Of a stretch of 64,000 nucleotides of DNA, positions 1 to 9,563 are shown one piece after another. Where the stretch lies: positions 307,676 to 371,675 of the IMG/VR virus record IMGVR_UViG_3300035212_003113; one strand, written 5' to 3'. Both the position numbers and the translations under genes were made by a program. The notes under the pieces are model-generated. The model worked only from the letters and a program-made list of their open reading frames with translations. It was not told where the DNA came from and did not search any database. Numbering within the stretch: the first letter of the stretch is position 1; every line of letters begins with the position of its first letter.

Positions 1-1
1 G

Positions 2-403
2 CCTGCTGTTTTAGGAACCATTGCAGTAAGGCGCGCAATCTTCTCAGGTACTCCATTGGAGTCATTTGAGTACGCTGGCGTCTGGCCGGGAACTCTCAGT
101 GACCCTGCATATCCCGATACCTTTACTGGCTTCTTGTCGCCTTCCAACGCGACGCCACTGGAGTCGTTTGAGTACGCGGGCAACTGGCCTGGGACAATCT
201 CCGACCCTGCATATCCCTCAACGTTCACCGGCTTCGCCACGCCGTCAGACACGACGCCGTTAGAATCATTTGAGTATGTGGGCGGCTGGCCGGGAGCTCT
301 CAACGACCCTGCGTATCCCGATACCTTTACTGGTTTCTTGTCGCCGTCAGATGCGACACCGCTGGAGTCTTTTGAGGCCGCAGGGAGCTGGCCGGGGACC
401 TGA
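2..403 (+). CDS. 3' end of a repeat-containing protein, truncated at window start (probably virion-associated)
   Basis: Frame open from nt 2 (PAVLGTIAVRRAIFSGTPLESF...) to TGA at 403; 3.5 copies of a 34-aa repeat TPLESFEYxGxWPGxxxDPAYPxTFTGFxxPSxx. Confidence 0.7.
   Translation, partial: PAVLGTIAVRRAIFSGTPLESFEYAGVWPGTLSDPAYPDTFTGFLSPSNATPLESFEYAGNWPGTISDPAYPSTFTGFATPSDTTPLESFEYVGGWPGALNDPAYPDTFTGFLSPSDATPLESFEAAGSWPGT
50..400 (+). repeat. 102-bp coding tandem repeat, about 3.5 copies
   Basis: Units start at 50, 152, 254, 356; many differences are synonymous. Confidence 0.9.
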
Positions 404-447
404 TATCAACTGATGTACGGAATACGCAGACGTACTAGGAGGCTACG

Positions 448-1125
448 ATGTCTTTTGCAGATTGGACTTTTGTAACAAACGGGCTTGCCAGTAACGCGGA
501 GCCTTATGCTCCGAGCGGTGTGATACCTGCGCCTAGCATCGCGTCAGGTTCGTATGCCCGAATCATAAACGGAGATGGAAGCTCGTCGTCTTACGCTGGT
601 TTCGTGCCATCGAACGCATCATTTACCGGCGTTCCGGCGACGAAGGCGATTCGTATTCAAGCGTTCATCCGCTTGAACGGGAGCGTCGGGCAGTTTCTTA
701 TGGCTGCAAAATACACCCCGGCTGGTTTCAATAGTATTAGCGGCTACGCGCTAGGCACAAACAGATCATCTGCCCCTTCTTTGTTTTTTAGAACCCCTGG
801 CAGCCAGACAACATTGATAAACAGCATTTCTATCGATGTTTGGTACAGCTTCCGCATGACGGTGTATCCCATTTCTCCGACGGTAGACCGCATAATCTGC
901 GAGCAAGAGTCTTCTCCGGGGAGCGGTGTATGGTCATCAACATTCGCAGACGGCAATGGAGATATCACCATTGACCAAAGCATTACTCCTTCGCAGTACG
1001 TCGCATGGGGAGGATCGACGAACAATGGTGTATTTGGCGCAGGCGGCTACCTCGGTAGCCCCGGAAACACCATCATTGATATGATGCAAGTGTCGTTGGC
1101 AACAGTGCCTGTGCCAATTCCGTGA
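448..1125 (+). CDS. hypothetical protein, Gly/Ser/Thr-rich, beta-rich (possible virion protein)
   Basis: 225-aa ORF with AGGAGG upstream; no family recognised. Confidence 0.7.
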   Translation: MSFADWTFVTNGLASNAEPYAPSGVIPAPSIASGSYARIINGDGSSSSYAGFVPSNASFTGVPATKAIRIQAFIRLNGSVGQFLMAAKYTPAGFNSISGYALGTNRSSAPSLFFRTPGSQTTLINSISIDVWYSFRMTVYPISPTVDRIICEQESSPGSGVWSSTFADGNGDITIDQSITPSQYVAWGGSTNNGVFGAGGYLGSPGNTIIDMMQVSLATVPVPIP

Positions 1126-1484
1126 TACTCTGATGAGTATGTTGTCCGGCCCTGGCTACAGCCTGCTTGCTATCTAGCCAAGGGAGCTGTTATTGAGTAT
1201 GGGTCACTTGTTCGCCCAAAGTGCGCTTACTCTCCCAGATCGACATCGGCATATAGCTCGGTACCGAGTGCAGCTCCAAATAGTGATTTTTATTTCTAGT
1301 GGGCTGCCTACCTGAGATCTTTACCAGTTTTTGACTAAACTTTATTACTAGGCCAATGGCCTTGTAATGGCCTAATAGGCCATGCAAATGTAATAATAAA
1401 CAGACAACTCATGAGAGCATGCTGCCACTAGTCATGCAAGCAAATACTTGGTTATTACTCGAATCGGAATAACCAGAGGTAGAC

Positions 1485-3446
1485 GTGATAGGACCTAATC
1501 AATTAGCTATTCGAGCCGCGCCGCCTATTGACCTGCAGTCAATAGACTGTTATCGCGTTATTCTTGAGAAGAAAGCAGTATTCTCAGGCACTTCATTTGA
1601 TTTTGGAACAGGCTCCTTTTCAGGCTCCGGGCCAATTTTTGGAACATTCGCGGCACTGCCTCAGCCATCAAACAGCATAAATGGCAAAAAACTAGTAATT
1701 ACTCTGGATGGCACAAATCTGGGTATCGGCAGTCATACGGTTACTATAACCGGAACCTCATATAGCTCGGCAACCACAGAGACGATCACCTTTGCCTCAT
1801 CCGGTGTACAGCAGACTGTCGAATTCTGGAAAACAATTGATTCAATAGATATTTCGGTAGAAGTAGACGATCCAGTGTATCCAGCTGCCGCCATTCAGAT
1901 TGTCGAGGCAGTACCGCTCACCCAGTCTGAAAATGATGGGATTAATGCCGAAGTCTATTCCTATGATAACGGCGTCATTACGTTCCGCATTGCAGGTACA
2001 GATAACGACTTTATACTTTCCTCTGGATATTATCTTCTTGACTATCCATCGCCTATTTCTATTCAGATGGCTGACAAAGGCCGTCTTATTATAGGCGCAG
2101 ATGTCTCCGGCGTATATCGCGGTGAGGCAATTATCGAGGCACCATCTTTTTATTCTTCGACTCTAGAAGATGTGCGCATAGGCGAGAGCAGTGATATCCT
2201 TAATCAAACCCTGCTTCATAATTCTCCATTCCCTCCGGCTAAGATGCCAGAGGCGACCCTGCTCCTCGATTTTGATGAGCACGTAAAGGATATAACAGGA
2301 ATCTATCCAGCATTCCTCAGTCAATTCAAAACCGCATCCAGATCCCTGAACTCTGCCTTTGAAGATGCACTTTATGTTGATCGCAGGATCGTACTGGATA
2401 ATGCTAGAGAGCTAGTAGGTCCGCGGCGTGGTACAATAGAATTTTTTCTATCGCCGCTTTTAGATACATACTATGATGAGAACGAATACAGATTCATCAT
2501 GGATATTACGTCTCTTAAAAGCATTGATACCGTTAGCACAACCTCTAATACCATTATACTGCCATTTAAAGCCAGAAGCGTAAACCGCGTATACCTAAAA
2601 GGCGATGACACGCGAGAAAATCTTCTTGGACCGCGTAGTCTGCTTTCCGATGGACGTACCATTCGTCTGCCAAGCAGGCTGCCTGCTCAAAGAACAGCTG
2701 TTACCGTAGAATACACGCCAATAGACTTCGAGGGTGATCGCATATCGCTTTATCTCGACGGCTACAACAATGTTAATTTTGCTATAACGGCCAACAATAT
2801 TACTCGGGTGATCTCTAGAGAGATCGACTGGAAGCGAGACAGCTGGCATCGTATAATGGCCACTTGGGATGTTTCAAACATAGACAACTTCGACCAGATG
2901 CGGCTATTCCTTGATGGCACAGAAAATAACATAGTTACGTGGGGCAGTCCCGGCTTTATCTGGGGGGGCGGACATGTATGGGGAACATCTGCCACAGGTG
3001 TAACCGGCAGCCAGGCCTTAATTGACGATATAAACCTAGTTGACGAGTTCAGTGTAATAAATATTGGCTCTGATTTTTCTGGCTCGCAGCAATATTTGAT
3101 GAAAATGGATAACTTAAGATTTAGCTCTATTGCTCGCCAGCCTGTGCGCATTGGTGCGCTTGATTATGACTTAGTATGGAATGACAACCTAGGTGCAGTA
3201 TCTCCTGTTATACCCGATGCTTTTACAAAAGGTTTATTTGACTTCAATCGATCTGACTCTGAGAGCGACCGCTTGGCAAATCTTATCAGCACAGAGGGCT
3301 CGCTGTATTCAATCGGCGTAGAGATTGATGACGGATTTAACAAAATACTTTCGTCTGAGCGCAGTCGAGAGGCCCTGCTAAGCATCTATCAAAAAATAAA
3401 GCCGGCACATATGCGCCTGTTCTCAAAGTTTAAGCAAGAGATCTGA
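1485..3446 (+). CDS. putative virion structural protein with LamG/concanavalin-like segments
   Basis: 653 aa, GTG start after GAGG; WHRIMATWD...MRLFLDG...MDNLRFSSIAR resembles LamG pattern. Confidence 0.6.
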   Translation: MIGPNQLAIRAAPPIDLQSIDCYRVILEKKAVFSGTSFDFGTGSFSGSGPIFGTFAALPQPSNSINGKKLVITLDGTNLGIGSHTVTITGTSYSSATTETITFASSGVQQTVEFWKTIDSIDISVEVDDPVYPAAAIQIVEAVPLTQSENDGINAEVYSYDNGVITFRIAGTDNDFILSSGYYLLDYPSPISIQMADKGRLIIGADVSGVYRGEAIIEAPSFYSSTLEDVRIGESSDILNQTLLHNSPFPPAKMPEATLLLDFDEHVKDITGIYPAFLSQFKTASRSLNSAFEDALYVDRRIVLDNARELVGPRRGTIEFFLSPLLDTYYDENEYRFIMDITSLKSIDTVSTTSNTIILPFKARSVNRVYLKGDDTRENLLGPRSLLSDGRTIRLPSRLPAQRTAVTVEYTPIDFEGDRISLYLDGYNNVNFAITANNITRVISREIDWKRDSWHRIMATWDVSNIDNFDQMRLFLDGTENNIVTWGSPGFIWGGGHVWGTSATGVTGSQALIDDINLVDEFSVINIGSDFSGSQQYLMKMDNLRFSSIARQPVRIGALDYDLVWNDNLGAVSPVIPDAFTKGLFDFNRSDSESDRLANLISTEGSLYSIGVEIDDGFNKILSSERSREALLSIYQKIKPAHMRLFSKFKQEI

Positions 3447-3455
3447 GGAAATAAA

Positions 3456-6290
3456 ATGACTCAAAAACGCCCGCATTGGTTTGATTTTCAGAAGGTCACT
3501 ACAAATGATCTTAAGGCAGAGCAGGATGCTTGGCTTAGCGCCGTAGGCGGTGCCACTACCGGTGCATCAGGGACTGGCGTTCAGCTTGATAGTCCGCTAG
3601 AATCAGTTGTACTCGACACAGGAAGCCTAAATACTACCCAATCGGCGTGGGTAGCTACAGATTCTTTTGACGGTCGTGGCGTTCTGCTGGAAGAGTACGC
3701 CTGCAAGGATATCGTAAATGGCAATCAAATTTCGGTAACGCTTACGGACACAGCCGTTAGCGAGCGCGTTCCGCTGATACTAACTGTTATTGGAACGGAT
3801 TTTGATGATAATCCATATTACGAACATGTGCGTTGCCCGGTAAATGGACGCTATCATACGTATGGCCACTTTAAGATTGTCAAGAATATAATGTTTCAAA
3901 ACATGTTTGGCAATACCGATGCGCGGATTGACGGTCGCGGTTGCCTAGCACTTGGTGCTAATGGTGGTCGCGCAGTTGTGTCAGAGGCCAGCTCAATGCT
4001 GCCAGCTGCAGATACAATTGTTGAATCACAGTCCAAAACGCCTGACATTGTTTTTGCTGACTACAAGCTATACGATAGCGGCAAGACGCTTGATCAGGTG
4101 CTTGCTGAATCACTTGGATCAGAATACAGCGTAGATCAGCTTAACGTCAATACATCTATTTCTGAAACAAAACTTTTTAGTGCCGGCGCCTCTTCCGAGG
4201 TTACATATGGTCAGAAATTCAGGATGCGTGGTAACAATATCCAGAAGATCCAGCTGCTGCTTGCACTGGACTCTGGATCTTCTTGGTCTGGAGAGATTGC
4301 GGTAGGGCTTAAAAAGCTACTTAACCGTGAGACCTTTTCATCTGCAACGCGCTACCTGCCTGATACGCTTATTGACTTTGATCCAGAGACAGAGTTTCTC
4401 GCAGAGACGAGTCTTAGCCAGGCGGACCTAGAAGAGCAAGGAGTTGTCCTAGGACCTGATCACCAGCCAGTAGATTTTGTATTTTCTGAAACATCTATAG
4501 GCAATTCAAATCTGTCTGAGCTCGAGAATGATGCTTGGTATGTACTTGTTGTACGCCGGACCGGGTCGTCTACGACCGGAACCCTTAGTATACCAGTAGT
4601 ACCGGTATATACCGGTATAGACCCGTATACTAAGAGAGAAGATGAGGACTTTACTTCGGGGACGGGTCGTTTCACTGTATTCTCGGGCGGAATTTGGACA
4701 GACATCCAAGATCGCACTACCTGGTACAGGGTTTGCGGAGATGCATTCCGTGCTGCCTCTGGCACAATTGTCGATGACGGTGCTCGTGTAACAAGCCAGA
4801 AAACTACCGTTAATGACAAAGGCGTCAAGACTCAGCGACTAGAGCGCGGTATTGCTTTTGCCAACTCCACCGTTGATGCTGATAACTATTTTATCGCGCA
4901 GTCAGCAACACAGCTGACAGATATTATTACGCATCCTGCCACGGGTGATGATCAGGCCTCACGCGAGATAGATGTTCCAGACCTGGCCAGCCTAAGGCTG
5001 TCTGAAGTAGAAGACCTGCTTGTCACAAAGCCAAATCTCATTTGCTTGGCAGTAGGCACTGATGCAAATCCGCGTGCAAATCCGGTAATCACGGGAACTA
5101 TTTACCATCCTGGCTTATTTAGAAATAATATTCTTGACATTCCCAATCCACCGACAGATCTGATTAACAAGAATGTTGTTGGCAGTATCATAACTCCAAA
5201 TATTTTGAAGCCTTCGATCCGTTATCGCATCATTAGCCAGCAGCGCTTTGTCGATGGCTATGGTGACATGGATAGCAATGGTGAGCTAAATATATCCGAC
5301 CTGCTGCTGCTAGAGGCTTTTGACGGCTACAGCACTACGCTTGCAACTACATCAACGTACACTTCTGCACAGCAGATTGCCACTGTTGCCTCGGAAGAAA
5401 CACCAATGGTTTCTATACTCAAGGCAAATCTAGATACCGATTCCGAAGTGGGTACGGCTGATATCGCTGCTCTAAATGATTACCTGGTAAATGGCACGGG
5501 CTTCCCAAATGGCCAGGGCCAGTTCAATCGCGTGCGCCTGCATGTTGAGCCGCTCACTGACGGCTTGGACTTCCTGGACGACTTCGGCGCGTCTACGCTG
5601 GCCATTCACACGGCAGACACCAACCTCCTGTCAACTTTCTCGGCGCCTATAAACTGGTCGATTGCGCCGGTACGTGTTTGGTATGAGAGCTCAGTACAGG
5701 TAGTAGACATTAGGCGTTTTGCCATTTCTGCAAGCACGGATTTCTCGAGCGCAGATCTACGCTCTACTCCTCCATCCGGCGGGACAAATAGTCTTATTCT
5801 GCCAGGCGACCTATACCTGAGTGGCAATATTAAGACTCTAGAAGGCGACTACCATCGGCTTGATTACGAGCGCACGATTGTAGAACTAGAGCTACCTGAT
5901 GGTACTTCAGAGAAGGAGATAAATATATTTAATCTCTTTGTAAAGAACAAGATGCGCTTCAGCGATGGCGCTCTTGTGACGACTGAGGCCTTGGCATCTG
6001 GCCAGGTATTCTTCGAGGTCCAAGTCAGCTCGTTTGCAAAGAATATTGGATTTGCAGTTGATGGCTTTGTTGATTATTCCGATGTCGGAGATAGCGCCGA
6101 TGAAGCAATAGGCACGTACATCGATCAGGATACTGGTCTGATGAGAATACGCGCCTACAATATAGTCAACAACGACATACGCCCGGAAGTGCGCACACGC
6201 ATCTACGTAATTGTAAACATAAAGAAGGCTGGATGGCGTAATCCACCTCGAAAAGTAACTAGTGCGGAGCTTATTGCGCTTTGGAGTTAG
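3456..6290 (+). CDS. large putative virion structural protein with a dockerin-like double Ca-loop segment
   Basis: 944 aa; YGDMDSNGELNISDLLLL and ANLDTDSEVGTADIAALNDYL at nt 5259-5486. Confidence 0.6.
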   Translation: MTQKRPHWFDFQKVTTNDLKAEQDAWLSAVGGATTGASGTGVQLDSPLESVVLDTGSLNTTQSAWVATDSFDGRGVLLEEYACKDIVNGNQISVTLTDTAVSERVPLILTVIGTDFDDNPYYEHVRCPVNGRYHTYGHFKIVKNIMFQNMFGNTDARIDGRGCLALGANGGRAVVSEASSMLPAADTIVESQSKTPDIVFADYKLYDSGKTLDQVLAESLGSEYSVDQLNVNTSISETKLFSAGASSEVTYGQKFRMRGNNIQKIQLLLALDSGSSWSGEIAVGLKKLLNRETFSSATRYLPDTLIDFDPETEFLAETSLSQADLEEQGVVLGPDHQPVDFVFSETSIGNSNLSELENDAWYVLVVRRTGSSTTGTLSIPVVPVYTGIDPYTKREDEDFTSGTGRFTVFSGGIWTDIQDRTTWYRVCGDAFRAASGTIVDDGARVTSQKTTVNDKGVKTQRLERGIAFANSTVDADNYFIAQSATQLTDIITHPATGDDQASREIDVPDLASLRLSEVEDLLVTKPNLICLAVGTDANPRANPVITGTIYHPGLFRNNILDIPNPPTDLINKNVVGSIITPNILKPSIRYRIISQQRFVDGYGDMDSNGELNISDLLLLEAFDGYSTTLATTSTYTSAQQIATVASEETPMVSILKANLDTDSEVGTADIAALNDYLVNGTGFPNGQGQFNRVRLHVEPLTDGLDFLDDFGASTLAIHTADTNLLSTFSAPINWSIAPVRVWYESSVQVVDIRRFAISASTDFSSADLRSTPPSGGTNSLILPGDLYLSGNIKTLEGDYHRLDYERTIVELELPDGTSEKEINIFNLFVKNKMRFSDGALVTTEALASGQVFFEVQVSSFAKNIGFAVDGFVDYSDVGDSADEAIGTYIDQDTGLMRIRAYNIVNNDIRPEVRTRIYVIVNIKKAGWRNPPRKVTSAELIALWS

Positions 6291-6294
6291 CGCC

Positions 6295-6314
6295 CGGGCT
6301 CCGAAAGGAGCCCG
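6295..6314 (+). promoter_or_regulatory. 8-bp GNRA hairpin covering the Shine-Dalgarno of the glycosyltransferase
   Basis: CGGGCTCC-GAAA-GGAGCCCG directly before ATG 6315; no U-tract. Confidence 0.55.
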
Positions 6315-7478
6315 ATGTTTATTAGGAGCTTTACCTGGGGAAAAGCTGATCTGTCATGGAGCCCAGTCATGGAGCGCTTGTTGCGCGCGGCCGAAGGTCG
6401 TGGTCACAAGGTAAGTCTTTTGTCGACAAATGGCTATGATGGCATGGACTACTGGACTGCCGAGAGGTCTGCAGCTGCTGCAGCAGAAATTGATGCAGCT
6501 CGTGCCAGCGCCCCGTTCGATATAGATATTACTTATACAATTCCTTTTAACTTTCCGCAGAGGTTTTTGTCAGATAGCCGAGTGAAGATCGGTCGCTTTG
6601 ACTATGAGAGCAGCGTCCTGCCAAAGTTTTTCCGTCAGAATATAAATTTCCCTGATTACGTTGTAGGCAGCAGCAGATTTGTTGCCGATGTATTTTGTAA
6701 TGCAGGTGCCCATCCTGACAAGGTCAAGATCATACATTCTGGCGTGGATCGTTCTATCTTCAATGAAGACGTCCCGCCGCTAGATGTACAGAAACTCGGC
6801 ATAAGCGGCAAGCCCTTTGTATTCCTTGCAGTTGCTGAGCCGCATTATCGCAAGCAGCTAGATCGGCTCCTAAAGATCTATTGTGAGCGGTTTAGTGCAA
6901 GCGATGATGTAGTGCTGATTATAAAGACAAAGCTATTTGCGCCTGGTGACAAGCGCCAGGGCTTTGAGCAGGATATTCGCCCACATCTCGCCGCTCTTAA
7001 ATCAAAATATGGTGCAGCTATGCCACAGATCCGTATTCTAGGTAAGCGCTTGCCTAGTCTGGCAGCACTATACCGAGCTGCACACGCTTTCTGTTTACCA
7101 ACTGCTGGAGAGGGCTGGGGCATGCCATTCCTAGAGGCCATGAGCTGCGGTGCCCTCGTCATTGCTCCAGAATACGGAGGCCAGGTCGACTTCCTTAATC
7201 ACAATAATGCGATGTTGTGTCCTGTAAAGATACTTCCTGCTCTGCCGCAGGAGCAGTATGGTACTCACCCTGCTGCCCAACTAAACTGGAAAAATATATT
7301 AGATATGCCGAAGGGCGTAGTAGGGCGTCCGGATGAAGCTGTATTTGGAGATATGATGCGCCGGGCATATGAGAGCTATGACTCTTGCATAGATCCACTT
7401 AGGGTTAATATGCGCGCAACCGCCGACCGATTCACCTGGGACGCAGCTGCTCAACAGATGCTGGAGCTCGCCAAATGA
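6315..7478 (+). CDS. GT-B glycosyltransferase, GT4-like
   Basis: RKQLDRLLKIY and LYRAAHAFCLPTAGEGWGMPFLEAMSCGALVIAPEYGG (E-x7-E motif). Confidence 0.9.
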   Translation: MFIRSFTWGKADLSWSPVMERLLRAAEGRGHKVSLLSTNGYDGMDYWTAERSAAAAAEIDAARASAPFDIDITYTIPFNFPQRFLSDSRVKIGRFDYESSVLPKFFRQNINFPDYVVGSSRFVADVFCNAGAHPDKVKIIHSGVDRSIFNEDVPPLDVQKLGISGKPFVFLAVAEPHYRKQLDRLLKIYCERFSASDDVVLIIKTKLFAPGDKRQGFEQDIRPHLAALKSKYGAAMPQIRILGKRLPSLAALYRAAHAFCLPTAGEGWGMPFLEAMSCGALVIAPEYGGQVDFLNHNNAMLCPVKILPALPQEQYGTHPAAQLNWKNILDMPKGVVGRPDEAVFGDMMRRAYESYDSCIDPLRVNMRATADRFTWDAAAQQMLELAK

Positions 7479-7930
7479 TGCTGCTATCTGCCGATAAGGC
7501 TCCGGACATTTTAACCGCCCTCGCCAGCAGGGCGCTTGTGCTTTCGCTGCACGATGGCGGTACTCTCAGACTTGACCGCGAATCTGTACGCAGTATCACG
7601 CCTTCATCAGGCGTATTTGGATTTCAGACAGATGACGGCAGGATTATAGGGATTACTAGCTATTTGCAATCAGTGCAGCACAGCTCGGTACGCTTTTATG
7701 TGCATTTTGAAACCGATGATCGCAAAGAGATTAAAGAAGGACTGCTGTTGCTGCAAAAACTGGCATCTAGTTCTGGTACGGTGAAGATGAGTATCGTAGC
7801 CTGCCAGGACCAGGACGGCATGACTGATATTGCACGAGAGCTCGGTTTTTTCCCAGAGGTAAAACTGCGACAGCATGTTTATTCAAGAGGGCAATACCTT
7901 GCTGCAACAGAATATGGATGCATACTATGA
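7475..7930 (+). CDS. divergent GNAT (RimJ/RimL-like) protein
   Basis: C-terminal ELGFFPEVKLRQHVYSRGQYLAATEYG resembles the RimJ-type GFxxEGxLR...GxY pattern; overlaps both neighbours by 4 nt. Confidence 0.45.
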   Translation: MMLLSADKAPDILTALASRALVLSLHDGGTLRLDRESVRSITPSSGVFGFQTDDGRIIGITSYLQSVQHSSVRFYVHFETDDRKEIKEGLLLLQKLASSSGTVKMSIVACQDQDGMTDIARELGFFPEVKLRQHVYSRGQYLAATEYGCIL

Positions 7931-8445
7931 TCCCTAATAAAGAGCTAAACATAAAGCTGCGCAATTATCTCGATAGCGATGCTGCTAGCCTTATTGAGAT
8001 TCTTAATTCTGGCAAAGGACTGCTGCTTGGCGCAGCTGGAATTGCAAACTCCAGCAGCTGGGCCACCTTGCGCGGGAGTATGGTTGCCGAACAGGTAATT
8101 GTTGCAGAAAAAAATTTCAAGTCATACTTGATTGGCTATGTGGGCATCACAGCTCACTCAGTAAGTGCTCGTCGTGCAGAATTGTGCCTGTTCTGTATTG
8201 GTCCCGATACATCTAAAACTATTCCTGATCGCAAGACGCTCGACTGTGTTCTGGACTGGTGTTTCAATGTATTAGGGCTAAATAAAATAACCCTAGAAGT
8301 CATTGATGGCAATGCTATAATAGGCATACTGGAGTCTGCTGGCTTTATTTCCGAGGGGCTACGTAAAAGCCAGTATCAGATCGGCCAGAATCGCGCAGAT
8401 TCTGCCATGATGAGTCTGCTGGCCCCAGCCTGGAGGACGCAGTGA
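7927..8445 (+). CDS. GNAT N-acetyltransferase, RimJ/RimL/PseH-like
   Basis: LIGYVGI...AEL, FNVLGLNKITLEV, ESAGFISEGLRKSQ; ATG 7927 overlaps the upstream stop. Confidence 0.75.
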   Translation: MIPNKELNIKLRNYLDSDAASLIEILNSGKGLLLGAAGIANSSSWATLRGSMVAEQVIVAEKNFKSYLIGYVGITAHSVSARRAELCLFCIGPDTSKTIPDRKTLDCVLDWCFNVLGLNKITLEVIDGNAIIGILESAGFISEGLRKSQYQIGQNRADSAMMSLLAPAWRTQ

Positions 8446-8987
8446 ACGTAATTATGCTTCTAGATAATGATCCACTATGGAGGGCTGCAGTAGGAGTAAA
8501 CTCACTAGCCCAGCGCCTTATTGATGCGGCAGTAGGCTGCCGAGGAGTTCAGCGTCTTGTTGTATCTGCACTGCCATCCTGGACAGAGGATCGTCAGTAT
8601 TATAGGGTTGCGCCGTTCCAGCTGCCATCTCCCAAGATCAGGTCATGGATACGGTATTCCAGCTCAGAGCCAGAACAGCAGGTGTACGAAGCTATGCGTG
8701 AGCTCGGATGGGACACTGCATTAGTACTATCTAGTGCAACCCCATGCGTATTTTCGTTTATGCTGGATGAGATATTTTCTGGTCTACCTAATAAAGAATA
8801 TGGATTAAGAGTATTTACTTGGTCAGAGGTGGTTCGTGGAGGTTTTCTAGATACGGCTGGTACGCTTAGCGGCGCTAATCTGTCAGCAGAAGACGTTGAG
8901 TATGCTTATTCAGAAGTAATCAAGGGAGCCGCCTGGGAAGAGGTAATGGAAGAAATAAATGGCGAACAAGGATCTGTATCTATCTAA
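8442..8987 (+). CDS. truncated acylneuraminate cytidylyltransferase-like (NeuA/PseF/SpsF-like) protein
   Basis: LAQRLIDAA...RLVVS and LVLSSATPC resemble the family; N-terminal ARxGSK..KN motif absent. Confidence 0.4.
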   Translation: MNVIMLLDNDPLWRAAVGVNSLAQRLIDAAVGCRGVQRLVVSALPSWTEDRQYYRVAPFQLPSPKIRSWIRYSSSEPEQQVYEAMRELGWDTALVLSSATPCVFSFMLDEIFSGLPNKEYGLRVFTWSEVVRGGFLDTAGTLSGANLSAEDVEYAYSEVIKGAAWEEVMEEINGEQGSVSI

Positions 8988-9555
8988 TACGAGTACTAAG
9001 TTCGGGCCCGGAGAGCTTTCAGGCTTTGCTCCGGGTGGGCGTACACTTATACTCGGCAGAGGATTAGATTTAACGTCGCTCGGTGATTTGAAGAACTACT
9101 TCAGCATAATAATCGCCGAAGACCCTTCATACGCCACCGGCCTGGAGTTTCCACCAGACATCACTATTTGGCAACCAGGTAGTCCATATATCTCAGATGT
9201 TTATGCATTTCCTTATTCAAGGGAAACGCTTTTTGTTGTCAATAGGCATACTCTAAAGCGCTTGTTGTACGCTGGTGTTCTAACGGATACCTATAACCTT
9301 GCATATATTCCAGGTGGTGATATTAGCCATGTGCCAGCAGTAGTTGATTATGCGCCTATTGGATTGGATTCTCTTGCCACCGGGCAGCACCTGGCCACTA
9401 TAATGGGCGCAACCTCGTTTTATGATACAGAGGGGCGATCAGGAACAATACCGACAACGCTGCAGAGTCTCACTGAAGCTGTAAACACAAAGGATAAATA
9501 TGGCGTAAGTACATTTTATCTCGAGCGCAGATATTCTCTGATTGATCGGATCTAA
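8959..9555 (+). CDS. hypothetical protein (weak resemblance to Maf/MptE-like fold)
   Basis: 198 aa, operonic; RTLILGRGLDL loosely recalls the Maf IxxxGPSL strand. Confidence 0.3.
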   Translation: MANKDLYLSNTSTKFGPGELSGFAPGGRTLILGRGLDLTSLGDLKNYFSIIIAEDPSYATGLEFPPDITIWQPGSPYISDVYAFPYSRETLFVVNRHTLKRLLYAGVLTDTYNLAYIPGGDISHVPAVVDYAPIGLDSLATGQHLATIMGATSFYDTEGRSGTIPTTLQSLTEAVNTKDKYGVSTFYLERRYSLIDRI

Positions 9556-9563
9556 GGAACAAG

